DNA of 44,175 nt from a virus, in IMG/VR virus record IMGVR_UViG_3300029715_000022, positions 1-44,175 of that record, one strand, 5' to 3'. A model generated the notes under the pieces. That model ran no database searches. It worked only from the letters and a program-made list of their open reading frames with translations, and had not been told where the DNA came from. Each line of letters starts with the position of its first letter. The first letter of the stretch is position 1. Of the stretch, positions 33,636 through 42,012 are shown piece by piece. A program made the position numbers and the translations under genes.

Positions 33636-33836
33636 TTATTCGGTTTTTTCTTCCGGCAGGCCCGCCACGCTGGTCAGCAGGCTGAGAACGCCCGCCAGCG
33701 CCGAAGCGCTGGCCACAACGGCCCAGTTGACCTCTCCGAGCACGGCGCTCGTGCCGATCGTCGCCACGGCCGTCTGCGCCACCGTCTTCACGGCGCGGAT
33801 CGCGGCGGCCTTGAGCCACTTTTTCCAGTTCCTCAT
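33636..33836 (-). CDS. Holin, phi-LC3-like family (66 aa)
   Basis: GAGGAGGA RBS. The sequence MRNWKKWLKAAAIRAVKTVAQTAVATIG...LLTSVAGLPEE matches the LC3-type holin pattern. Confidence 0.8.
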   Translation of the reverse strand: MRNWKKWLKAAAIRAVKTVAQTAVATIGTSAVLGEVNWAVVASASALAGVLSLLTSVAGLPEEKTE

Positions 33837-33849
33837 GTTCTTGTCCTCC

Positions 33850-34170
33850 TCATTTGATGCCCATCCTCGCCAGCAGCCACGCGACGACCGCGCCGACTGC
33901 CACGAGGATGATCTTTTCCACAACCTTTTCCCAGCGCTTTCCCGGCGCTGCCTGCAGTGCCTCGATGCTTTTGCGCACCGCCTTGATGTCCTCGCCGCTC
34001 TTGGCCACATCCCGCCGAATCGTCTGCTGCTCCTGCGCCATCACGGCCACGCTCGTGGCCAGCTTATTCAATGCCTTTTGGTCCTGCTCCAGCTCATCAA
34101 TCCGGTGCGTGTTGCTTTTGCTGCGCTGCTCCGTCTCCGTCAGCTTTTGGATCAGCTCATCCTGCGTCAC
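33850..34170 (-). CDS. XhlA-like lysis-associated membrane protein (106 aa)
   Basis: N-terminal coiled coil plus a single C-terminal TM helix (IILVAVGAVVAWLLA), adjacent to the holin and amidase genes. Confidence 0.65.
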   Translation of the reverse strand: MTQDELIQKLTETEQRSKSNTHRIDELEQDQKALNKLATSVAVMAQEQQTIRRDVAKSGEDIKAVRKSIEALQAAPGKRWEKVVEKIILVAVGAVVAWLLARMGIK

Positions 34171-34174
34171 CGCC

Positions 34175-35230
34175 TCACCGCCTCTCCAGATACTCGAGCT
34201 TAGCGTACCCGGTCACGCCCGCTGCGTCCACAAGGTACAGCCACTCGCCCGTGTGATACCCGTAGCAACTGCACCTGCTGCCGTCCGGCATCACGCGGAG
34301 GCTCGCGTACTGCGTGCCCGGCCCTTTCCTCAGGTTGAGGCCGCCGTTTGCCCGAACGGCGTAGCCGCGTCGGTATCCGGCCGTGTACTGCTTTGGCGGC
34401 TGCACCTTGTTGTCCGGCACGACGGTCGTGCCGCCGGAATACACCGCCTTGCCGCCGGGTCCGTACACGCTGTAGCCCGTCGGGCAGGCCGCGATCGCGT
34501 TGCCGAGATCACTGTACGCCCCGATCTGGCTGGCTGCGTCGCCCCAGCTCTTGCGGATGCGGAAAATTTCCTTTGCGCTCGGCGGCGGCGCCTGCTGTGG
34601 CTTGCCCGCCAGTAGCTCCGCCACGCGCCGCCGCAGCATCCCCATCGTGTAGCCGTGCCGCGGCCACCAGTTGTCCGGGTCGTTGTGGTCGGAGCCGTAG
34701 CCCCGCTGCCCGGCCTCGTTGTGGCTCACGATCTCCGTGATCGTTGGATAGGCCCTCATCAGGTGCGCGCACAGCTCGGCCGCTAACTCAAAAGTGTCGC
34801 GGCAATAGGCCGCGTCGCGGTGGTCGTCCTCGCAGATCTCGAATTGGATCGCGCAGTCGTTGTAACTGCCCTTGCGCCCGGAGCCGACGCCCCAGCACCG
34901 CATTTGCCACGGCAGCGTCTGACATACTGCGAGGCTGCCGTCGGCCAGCTTGCCGAGAAAGGCGTGCACGCAGACGTACAGGCCTCCCCGGTTCCAGTCA
35001 TTCCCATACCGGTTTTCGCCGAGGACGGCTTTCGTTTCGGCTGCCGTCAGCTTGCGCTCCTGCGGCTGATACTGCATCAGCCCGGCCGTCTGCCCCGGCG
35101 CGGGCTGCACGTACCGGTTGATGCTCGTGTTGTTGGCCGCCGTGCTGTGCACCACGATCTTGGTCGGCGTCATCATCCTCCCGCGCTGGTAGCACTCGTT
35201 GGCCACCAGCAGGCACTGATACTGCTGCAT
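34175..35230 (-). CDS. Endolysin: N-acetylmuramoyl-L-alanine amidase (Amidase_2/PGRP-type) with SH3-like wall-binding domains (351 aa)
   Basis: GAGGAGGG RBS before the ATG at 35230. Amidase_2-like core (IVVHSTA...VHAF...SHNE). C-terminal SH3-like segment GLNLRKGPGTQYASLRVMPDGS. Confidence 0.85.
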   Translation of the reverse strand: MQQYQCLLVANECYQRGRMMTPTKIVVHSTAANNTSINRYVQPAPGQTAGLMQYQPQERKLTAAETKAVLGENRYGNDWNRGGLYVCVHAFLGKLADGSLAVCQTLPWQMRCWGVGSGRKGSYNDCAIQFEICEDDHRDAAYCRDTFELAAELCAHLMRAYPTITEIVSHNEAGQRGYGSDHNDPDNWWPRHGYTMGMLRRRVAELLAGKPQQAPPPSAKEIFRIRKSWGDAASQIGAYSDLGNAIAACPTGYSVYGPGGKAVYSGGTTVVPDNKVQPPKQYTAGYRRGYAVRANGGLNLRKGPGTQYASLRVMPDGSRCSCYGYHTGEWLYLVDAAGVTGYAKLEYLERR

Positions 35231-35231
35231 G

Positions 35232-35573
35232 TTATCCCTCCTCGCACGTTTTTTGCCAGCCGATACATTCCACCTGCAATCCATATCTCATTGCTGCGTC
35301 GTATTCGACGTGGCAGCCTCTCGCATCGGACCAGCCGGTGGCAAAATAGACAAGGTCGCACTTTGACATCGCTTCGATGGATTTCGAGAGATAGTACAGG
35401 GGCTTGTTCACGACGCCCGCTGCTGCCAGCTCGTCCTCGTCAAAATCGAAAATCGTTTCGGCCACTTCGTAGCCTTCCGCCTCCAGCATTTTGACCGCTT
35501 CCGCGCGTTCGGACTCGATCTGCTCTCTGGTCTTGCCTCTCATCGGCTGGCTGATCATTGCCTTTTTGCTCAT
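35232..35573 (-). CDS. Second DUF4406 / nucleoside 2-deoxyribosyltransferase-like protein (113 aa)
   Basis: GGGAGGGG RBS. The pattern ISQPMRGKT...CDLVYFATGWSDARGCHVEYDAAMRYGL parallels 2459..2824. Confidence 0.6.
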   Translation of the reverse strand: MSKKAMISQPMRGKTREQIESERAEAVKMLEAEGYEVAETIFDFDEDELAAAGVVNKPLYYLSKSIEAMSKCDLVYFATGWSDARGCHVEYDAAMRYGLQVECIGWQKTCEEG

Positions 35574-35589
35574 GGTTCCCCTCCCTGCG

Positions 35590-35721
35590 CTAAAGCGCCT
35601 CAAAATAAGTCTCGTCCGTCAGGCTCTCCGCCTGCCCGGACCGGATCGCGATATACCGCCGTATCCCGTCGGTATACCGCATCCCCTCCTCGATCCACAT
35701 GCCCGGTTCAAAATAGATCAT
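35590..35721 (-). CDS. Small hypothetical protein (43 aa)
   Basis: AGGAGGG RBS before the ATG at 35721. This start avoids overlap with the upstream gene. Confidence 0.35.
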   Translation of the reverse strand: MIYFEPGMWIEEGMRYTDGIRRYIAIRSGQAESLTDETYFEAL

Positions 35722-35735
35722 GCTTGGCCCTCCTA

Positions 35736-37574
35736 TCACTTCGGCGTCAACGTCGCCGTGAGATTTGCTGCAGTGCCCTTGACGCAGAATTTTATCCACC
35801 GTTTATCAAGCGACGCCAGGTCAACCGTAAATCCGGTTTTGTCCGCGTCCAGCGTAATTGGCCCTATGGTCCCGGTTTTATCGGTAATGTAGTCCGAGTG
35901 ACTATACGCCGTCCCAGCTGCGTTGGTATACATGCTCCATGCGCTATCGCCTCCGTTCGGCGTCGTGCTCCAATCGTTCCCCTTGCAGTTTACCGCACCC
36001 GTTACGCGGATGATCGCCCCATTGGGATATGTCTGCTTGGATACATCGATTGGCGCATTGTGTCCCACTGTTACATAACCTTCCGCGGCTTTTTCGGTGC
36101 CGGACCCCGTGCTAAGCCTGATGTTATCAATTGCGCCATATGTCGCGATCAGGTCGACAGCAGCAGCCTTGACAGTCAGGTTGTAACTCGCCGTATGGCC
36201 GCCGTCTACCGTCGTGGCGGTAATCACTGCGGTTCCTGCTGCAAGTGCCGTCACGACGCCGTTTGCGACGCTGGCCACCGTCGGCGCAGAGCTGCTCCAC
36301 GTTACGGCCGGGTTCGTCGCATCGCTTGGCTGTACAGTCGCTACCAGCGTAACGCTGCCGCCTACGGTCATCTCTCCTTGCGACGCATCCAGCGAGACGC
36401 CCGTTACCGGCACGGTCTGCACCCCGGTAAAAATCTCCCGGTCATATCCCGCTCCATAGCAAAAGCTGTAGATTTTTTCCTCGCTCGGATTGATGACGTT
36501 TACCACAAACGCCGTGTCTTTCGCAGAGTTTGCTGTTTTGTTGTAGGTCATTTCCTCGCCGAACTCAATGCCGTAATACTCTGCGCTCCCGTTCTGCCCG
36601 TACTCGTTGTTGCGGGCAAAGCACATATTCGGCGTCGCGACACGCCAGACGTTGTACTCCGTCCCCACACCGCCGGAAATGCTGTTGAGCTTTGCTGCCT
36701 TAAAGCCGTGCACATGCCCATGCACTGCGGCGAGGATCTTCGCAGCGTTGCTCCCTGTAAAACTGACGGTATTCCCGCTGCTGACGGCGATACTCCCGCC
36801 GTCCACATACGCCTTGACAATGTTGCTCATGATGCAGACCGCGCCCCAGTCAAGGGGATGATGGGACAGGATCAGCACATTCCATCCGGTCTTTGCTCCG
36901 ACGGCCTTCAGCGTGTTCGCAAACCACAGCTTCTGCGCGTCGGATACGTATTCCTTTTCCGTCGCCTCGGCGGTGTTGAGGCAGATCACGCGGAGTTTCT
37001 TGCTCTCGAAATCCCGGTAGCAGTAGCCCTCCGTCGTGCTGCCCATGGTCGCGCCGGTGTTATACGCGCCGACAAGCCCGTAAAGCTCCGCCGCAGACAG
37101 CACGGTCCCGTTCTGAGCCTTACTGTACTGCAAACTGTCGTGATTTCCGAGCGTCCGGAACTGCGGAATGCCCTTGAATGCCTCGTCAATGTCTGCGTTG
37201 ATCTCTTTGATGTGCTGACGCCCCTCAGCGAGAGTCGTTGTCGAGCTGCCCGCCGTGTAGTCCCCGAGATAGCACGCAAAGTCGATATTCGGGATCATGT
37301 AGGCAAGGGCTTTCGCCGCCATCCCCGCGTGGAGATTGCCGGTTACGATGCTGTCGCTTGTATCCAACTGATGCGCGTCGGAAGCTGCCAAAAAAACAAT
37401 GCTCTCGGGCGTCCGCACCGCGGCAACTTTTTGAGCAACTGCGAGTGCGGCTGTCTTGATGTAGTCCGGGATATCCGCGTGCTGGATAGCGTCTGCGGCG
37501 CTCGCCTCCACCTCCACAACCTTTCCCCCATACGTCGCAAGCTTCCCATCCTTGACCAGTACCTTAACCGCCAT
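35736..37574 (-). CDS. Calcineurin-like metallophosphoesterase fused to a Big_2 Ig-like domain and a C-terminal beta domain (612 aa)
   Basis: All five metallophosphoesterase (MPE) motifs are present in order: SDAH, GDY, GNHD, SHHP, GHVHG. A Big_2-like segment follows (VTGVSLDASQGEMTVGGSVTLVATVQPSDATNPAVTWSSS). Confidence 0.85.
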   Translation of the reverse strand: MAVKVLVKDGKLATYGGKVVEVEASAADAIQHADIPDYIKTAALAVAQKVAAVRTPESIVFLAASDAHQLDTSDSIVTGNLHAGMAAKALAYMIPNIDFACYLGDYTAGSSTTTLAEGRQHIKEINADIDEAFKGIPQFRTLGNHDSLQYSKAQNGTVLSAAELYGLVGAYNTGATMGSTTEGYCYRDFESKKLRVICLNTAEATEKEYVSDAQKLWFANTLKAVGAKTGWNVLILSHHPLDWGAVCIMSNIVKAYVDGGSIAVSSGNTVSFTGSNAAKILAAVHGHVHGFKAAKLNSISGGVGTEYNVWRVATPNMCFARNNEYGQNGSAEYYGIEFGEEMTYNKTANSAKDTAFVVNVINPSEEKIYSFCYGAGYDREIFTGVQTVPVTGVSLDASQGEMTVGGSVTLVATVQPSDATNPAVTWSSSAPTVASVANGVVTALAAGTAVITATTVDGGHTASYNLTVKAAAVDLIATYGAIDNIRLSTGSGTEKAAEGYVTVGHNAPIDVSKQTYPNGAIIRVTGAVNCKGNDWSTTPNGGDSAWSMYTNAAGTAYSHSDYITDKTGTIGPITLDADKTGFTVDLASLDKRWIKFCVKGTAANLTATLTPK

Positions 37575-38097
37575 CGCTTACCACCTCGACGTAGAGCCCC
37601 ACCAGCTCGCTCAGCGCGTGGTATACGGGATTCCCCGTATCGCGGGTGCACCGGTACAGCACGCCGCCCTGCGTGTAATACTTGCCGTTTTCGAGCGCCA
37701 TGTTTCCGTCGTAGGGGATCGGGTCGTACTTTGTCCCGTCGTGCTCCTCGACGATGCGGGCGTACAAACTCTCCGTGCCCGCTGCGCCCGGCACCCACGT
37801 CGACTGCGACGTGTGCGCCTGCAGCACCTTGTAGAGCTTTCCGCCGGATACCAGCTTGTCTCCCGCCGCGTAGTCCTTGCCGCTCTCCCACTCCGGATAA
37901 AACGCGATCATCCGCAGCGCCGTCTGATCGTCCACCACCAGCGTGTTGATCTGCTGCTTAATAAGCATTGCACCGACCTCGCCAACTGTAAGAGGTCTAT
38001 GCTTCTCCGCTGCTTCATACTGAAGCTTTGCTTCTTCCAGTCCTGCGATTTCTTCCGCCGTCATGTCGCGGATCACGCCGTTTTCGTAAATTTTCAT
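37564..38097 (-). CDS. Protein with CBM5/12-like carbohydrate-binding motifs (177 aa)
   Basis: Motif YPEWESGKDYAAGDKLVSGGKLYKVLQAHTSQSTWVP. Located directly after the tail-fibre gene. Confidence 0.65.
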   Translation of the reverse strand: MKIYENGVIRDMTAEEIAGLEEAKLQYEAAEKHRPLTVGEVGAMLIKQQINTLVVDDQTALRMIAFYPEWESGKDYAAGDKLVSGGKLYKVLQAHTSQSTWVPGAAGTESLYARIVEEHDGTKYDPIPYDGNMALENGKYYTQGGVLYRCTRDTGNPVYHALSELVGLYVEVVSDGG

Positions 38098-38112
38098 CGT
38101 TTGATCCTCGCT

Positions 38113-40068
38113 TCACTTCAGATACCAGATTTTTACCGTTGTCCCGGCCGATACCACATTCTCGGTTTGCAGCCCATACCCAAATAACGTGATAGATGTC
38201 GGATCGACTTGTTCCAAAGCACTCGTTTTTGACGCAGCAGCCTCTGCCCTATAGCCGGAGTTTCCAAGTTTGGCATAACTCGATGCTACGGAGAAAAAAT
38301 GTTTATCCCCCGGCCTGCTAACATGTGCCCATTTACGCCCTTTGGCTGAGTATATATAAAAGCTGCTCTTATTTGAGTTGAAACTTTCCGCTTTACCCGC
38401 CATAACATTGTAATCCTGTTCTGAATCATCCGCAGTTTTACGGTATACAGGTTTGCTCCCTTCCTCAATCAGGATGCATAATTCTCGCCAATCCTCCGGC
38501 AGCCCGTCCAGTTGGACGTATGCGACGTCCTCCGGTATAGTCGTACTCGTGTGCAGCGTCCAGCTCGATCCGCCTCCGGCTCCGACCACCTGGTACACGC
38601 CCCGATAGTCATTTGTCGACAGTCCGTATACCGCGAGGCCATCGCTGACCCACGATACCTGATTGAGCGGGTTTACTGTCCCGTTTGTGATCACAAGCAT
38701 ATCGTTAACTGCGATCCCAGCATCCTGGATCGTCACCGTGCCGGTATACAGCTCCATGTTGCCGCCGGAACCGAAGCACATCCACACCATGCCGTTTTCC
38801 GGCAGTTCCGCCGCGGGGATGCCGATGTACCCGCCCACGGCGCTCATCGCCTTGAGTGCTCCGCCGGAGCCGGAAGACCCGCCCGAAGGGATGTTGACCG
38901 TCAGCGCCGCCGAGCCATCGTAGGTCCCCGTCGCCGCGCCCGTAAATGTCAGCGCATTCGGATTTTTCAACGCCGTCGGCAGTCTATTTCCCCACGCTGC
39001 ATTGCCGTCCGCGCCGACCTGCAGCAGTTTCCCGGCGTCTGCTGCCGCGCTATCGGGCAGCAGCTTGAGCAGTTTCTTTTGCGCTGCCATATACGCCGCC
39101 ACCCACACCGTATCCGGGATGTACCCGATCAGATCATTGTCTCCGGTGTAGGTCTTGATGAGCTTTTCGATTGCCCACGCCTCATCCCCGGCATAAACGG
39201 GAATCGTACCCTCAGCGGCATCCCCTATCTGTGCGGCAAGATTCCCGAGCACCGGCGGCAGATCGCCGCCGGTCGGCGGGTCTGCGAGTGTAAACTCCAG
39301 CCCGTCTGCCGTTACCTTGCCCGCGATCTCCGTCTTGTCGGCCTCTGTCAGCGCGTAGTCGGCTCCGGGGTCGCCCTTGGCTCCGGGATCGCCCTTGGCT
39401 CCGGGATCGCCCTTGGCTCCGGGATCTCCCTTGGCTCCCTTGGCCGCGCACAGTTCCCACAGCTCGTCTACACCCGGCTCGTCTCCGGCCGTGCTGTCGG
39501 CATCGTCTATCCAGACGTAGCAGCTGCCGTTGTGCTCCACGGCGTCGAGCTTGGCGTATGACGTCGAGGCATCCCACGCCCCTCGCCAGTGGAAGGGCTT
39601 GCCGTCCTTGCCCGGTGCGCCCGCTGCGCCCTTGAGGCTTTCCAGCCACTCGGCCTCCGTGCCGGTGTAGCCGTGCGCCTTGGCGATCCCGTAGGCGCTC
39701 AGGTAATAGCCCTGCTCCACGGCCCTGCCGTATACCGGCCGGATGCACTTGGCAATGTGCCGCGCCAGATCGTTCCACGCGGTGTTGTACCGCTGCATCG
39801 TGTTGGTGTAGCGCTCGTACTCGCCGTTTGCAAAGTCGACCTGCGCCTCCATCCACATCAAATAGATCCCGTCGTAGGGATACGGCGCGGCCAGCGCCTC
39901 GGTTGGCGTCGCCGAATAAGGCGTGATCTCGCTCAAGGCCAGCAAAAAGATCTCGTGGAGGATCTGTCCCTCCACTTGGTTGAGCCAGTCCAGCAGGATC
40001 GTGTCGTCGATCTCCGCCGGGATCGGCTTGAGCTGCCGCAGCCGCTCAAACAGTACCGTCGCTGTCAT
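38113..40068 (-). CDS. Tail fibre with collagen-like repeats (651 aa)
   Basis: Contains (GAKGDP)x4 collagen-like triplets, a CBM-like WRGAWDASTSYAKLDAVEHNGSCYVW motif and an AT-richer C-terminal domain. The ATG overlaps the TerS stop. Confidence 0.8.
   Translation of the reverse strand: MTATVLFERLRQLKPIPAEIDDTILLDWLNQVEGQILHEIFLLALSEITPYSATPTEALAAPYPYDGIYLMWMEAQVDFANGEYERYTNTMQRYNTAWNDLARHIAKCIRPVYGRAVEQGYYLSAYGIAKAHGYTGTEAEWLESLKGAAGAPGKDGKPFHWRGAWDASTSYAKLDAVEHNGSCYVWIDDADSTAGDEPGVDELWELCAAKGAKGDPGAKGDPGAKGDPGAKGDPGADYALTEADKTEIAGKVTADGLEFTLADPPTGGDLPPVLGNLAAQIGDAAEGTIPVYAGDEAWAIEKLIKTYTGDNDLIGYIPDTVWVAAYMAAQKKLLKLLPDSAAADAGKLLQVGADGNAAWGNRLPTALKNPNALTFTGAATGTYDGSAALTVNIPSGGSSGSGGALKAMSAVGGYIGIPAAELPENGMVWMCFGSGGNMELYTGTVTIQDAGIAVNDMLVITNGTVNPLNQVSWVSDGLAVYGLSTNDYRGVYQVVGAGGGSSWTLHTSTTIPEDVAYVQLDGLPEDWRELCILIEEGSKPVYRKTADDSEQDYNVMAGKAESFNSNKSSFYIYSAKGRKWAHVSRPGDKHFFSVASSYAKLGNSGYRAEAAASKTSALEQVDPTSITLFGYGLQTENVVSAGTTVKIWYLK
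39361..39441 (-). repeat. 18-bp tandem repeat (about 4.5 copies) encoding GAKGDP collagen-like triplets
   Basis: ggctccgggatcgccctt repeats head to tail starting at 39361. Confidence 0.9.
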
Positions 40069-40613
40069 GTTTCCCCCTCCGTTTCCGGCAGCTGCATGCC
40101 CTGGATCTCGCGCAGCAGCGCCAGCTTGTCGTCCATCGTCATCTCGCCGCCCGCGATCGCGGCTCTCGTCGGCGCGTCCGTGCTGATCTCCCGCCGCTCG
40201 CGCCAGTCATAGTTTGCCTGCAGCGCAAATTTTGCGCCCGCTGCGGAGTTTTTGTCCTCGAGCCGCTCCTGCAGGTACGTCTCGATCACCCGCTTGGCCT
40301 CGTCGCAGATCTCGTGCGTCTCATCGGCGGCCAGATACTTGCTCCACGTCTGTCGGCTGATGCCCAGCCGCCCGCACAGCCCCGTGATCGTCGGCGGGCT
40401 GACCCAACTCGTCCTGCTGGCTGGCGTCCCGTCCTCCGTCACCACGCGGACAAAGCGCGTCGCCGGGTGTCCGTACCGGTCAAACTCCGGCTGCCCGTCG
40501 TCGTCAAGCACCGGCTCCTCGCGGTATACCGGCTCCCGGTAGCGCAGCGCTGCAAAGTATTCCTGCACCGCGCGCCGAAGCGCTGCGGGCTTATAAGCCT
40601 TTTTCCGGCCCAT
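40065..40613 (-). CDS. terS: Terminase small subunit candidate (182 aa)
   Basis: GGGAGGGA lies 6 nt before the ATG at 40613. N-terminus GRKKAYKPAALRRAVQEYF. HTH segment PPTITGLCGRLGISRQTWSKY. Confidence 0.65.
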   Translation of the reverse strand: MGRKKAYKPAALRRAVQEYFAALRYREPVYREEPVLDDDGQPEFDRYGHPATRFVRVVTEDGTPASRTSWVSPPTITGLCGRLGISRQTWSKYLAADETHEICDEAKRVIETYLQERLEDKNSAAGAKFALQANYDWRERREISTDAPTRAAIAGGEMTMDDKLALLREIQGMQLPETEGET

Positions 40614-40650
40614 GTGCATCCCTCCCTGTTTGCCGTTAGGATACCACGGT

Positions 40651-40674
40651 AGCCGTGTTAGTTGCCGTCAACTT
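40651..40674 (-). promoter_or_regulatory. Conserved late-operon element, copy 2
   Basis: agccgtgttagttgccgtcaactt. On the minus strand TTGACG is followed 22 nt later by TATCCT. The element lies just upstream of terS. Confidence 0.45.
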
Positions 40675-40684
40675 TTGTGCCGCG

Positions 40685-40957
40685 TTACCATGCTTCATAC
40701 AGCCGCTTGCGCGCCCGGTAGAGTGTGCTCTCGCTGACGCCGTGCGCGATCGCCGCCGCCTGCACCGTCATTTTGCCGCAGCACCAATCCCGCAGTGCAG
40801 CGGCGAAGGCCTCCTCGCCGTAGGCCGCCTCGAGCAGCTTGGCGTCGATCCGTTTTTTGCCCTTTTTGCCCATGTCCTCGTAGCTGAGCAGCGTAAAATA
40901 GATCAGGCCCTGCCGCCGGTACGGCAGGCGGATCCCGCTCATCCGCCGAAAACTCAT
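40685..40957 (-). CDS. Putative late-gene transcriptional regulator with sigma region-4-like HTH (90 aa)
   Basis: GGGAGG RBS before the ATG at 40957 (alternative start at 41005). C-terminal HTH MTVQAAAIAHGVSESTLYRARKRLYEAW. Confidence 0.55.
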   Translation of the reverse strand: MSFRRMSGIRLPYRRQGLIYFTLLSYEDMGKKGKKRIDAKLLEAAYGEEAFAAALRDWCCGKMTVQAAAIAHGVSESTLYRARKRLYEAW

Positions 40958-41126
40958 CCCCTCGCCTCCCTTGTATGCACGATATCCGCTATACCGTTGC
41001 GGCATAGCGGTCCTGTCCCTGCCGGAGCGCCGCTCAGGCAGAGTCCTCCCGTATTAAGCTGGATATCCCATCCGCGCGCGCGTTTGTTTGGTCCGCGCCT
41101 GCGCATGCCCCCGCGCGGACCGCGAG

Positions 41127-41933
41127 TCAACTTTCTTTCTCGAGATTTTCGCCGTTTTCCAGCAGTTCGCGGGCCGTTAGTTTGTGCCCTCCGAGCTTTT
41201 TGCCGCGCTTGCGGGGCACGTAGCGCAGATATGCCCTGGCCTCGCCCTCGACGTATCTCTCCTCCAACACCCTCGCGCCCTTCGGCGCGCGCATCTTGGT
41301 GCACAGCACGACCTCGCGCTCCTCCGTCGTCGGCAGAGCGGCTCCGCGGCTGACCTTGTATTTTTTGCGGTCCGGCACGCGCCGCACTTGCCGGAGCATG
41401 TAGTAGGCGATCGGGCTGTAGTCGTCCTGCCCGCGGAGGCTGCGGATGTTGACGCTCCCGAGCGTCCAGGCGTCCCGCAGCGTATCCCAGCTGAGGCTCC
41501 CGTCCGTCTCCATGCAGATATGCACATGCAGGCGCACCAGCTCACCGGTGTCGCCGTCCATGTCGCTCGCCGAAAGCGTGTAAAACGGGATCCGGCCCTT
41601 GTCCTTGCGGCGCAGACGGCGCAGCCAGAGCATCGCCTGATGCTCTGCGGCATCGCGGAGCTTGTCGGGATCGTCTCCGGCTGTCTCGCGCAGCTTGTCG
41701 ATCCCCTCGTCCGCAAAGCGGAGCGTCACGAGCAGCCCCTTGTCCGCCGTGCAGTTGCAGTTGAGCAGGCGTGCCAGGCGGCGGACGGCCGTGTTAAAAT
41801 TTTGCTCCTGCTGCCGCGGCGTCGTCACGCCCGTCTTGCGCCCGCGCGGACGAGCGTTGTCGCCGACGTGATACCGCGTCTTTTCTGTAACTCCGTTTTT
41901 GCAACGGTAGATCCTCTCCATGATCTTCACCAT
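41127..41933 (-). CDS. HUH-superfamily rolling-circle Rep-like initiator candidate (268 aa)
   Basis: Ordered motifs: LLVTLRF (motif I-like), RLHVHICME (HUH) and SPIAYYMLRQV (Tyr motif). First gene of the long minus-strand operon. Confidence 0.6.
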   Translation of the reverse strand: MVKIMERIYRCKNGVTEKTRYHVGDNARPRGRKTGVTTPRQQEQNFNTAVRRLARLLNCNCTADKGLLVTLRFADEGIDKLRETAGDDPDKLRDAAEHQAMLWLRRLRRKDKGRIPFYTLSASDMDGDTGELVRLHVHICMETDGSLSWDTLRDAWTLGSVNIRSLRGQDDYSPIAYYMLRQVRRVPDRKKYKVSRGAALPTTEEREVVLCTKMRAPKGARVLEERYVEGEARAYLRYVPRKRGKKLGGHKLTARELLENGENLEKES

Positions 41934-41986
41934 GGTCTCCCTTCTCCCGCCACTGCGGGGCTATACATAAGCTTTTAGCAAGCCGA

Positions 41987-42012
41987 TAAATACGCGCGTG
42001 CGCGCGTATTTA
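41987..42012. repeat. 26-bp palindrome with an alternating purine-pyrimidine core
   Basis: TAAATACGCGCG-tg-CGCGCGTATTTA with 12-bp perfect arms. Two further ACGC..GCGT palindromes lie at 42026-42033 and 42049-42058. Confidence 0.9.

Noticed and set aside
38113-38600. Diversity-generating retroelement targeting the fibre C-terminus
   Set aside because: I saw no reverse-transcriptase-like ORF (no YxDD motif) anywhere in the window, and no template repeat matching the fibre 3' end.
39361-39441. Short tandem repeats considered as a possible CRISPR array (also the 177-bp repeat at 476-897)
   Set aside because: The repeats are contiguous with no spacers. They are in frame and encode collagen-like GAKGDP triplets or a Cys module. 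No cas genes are present.
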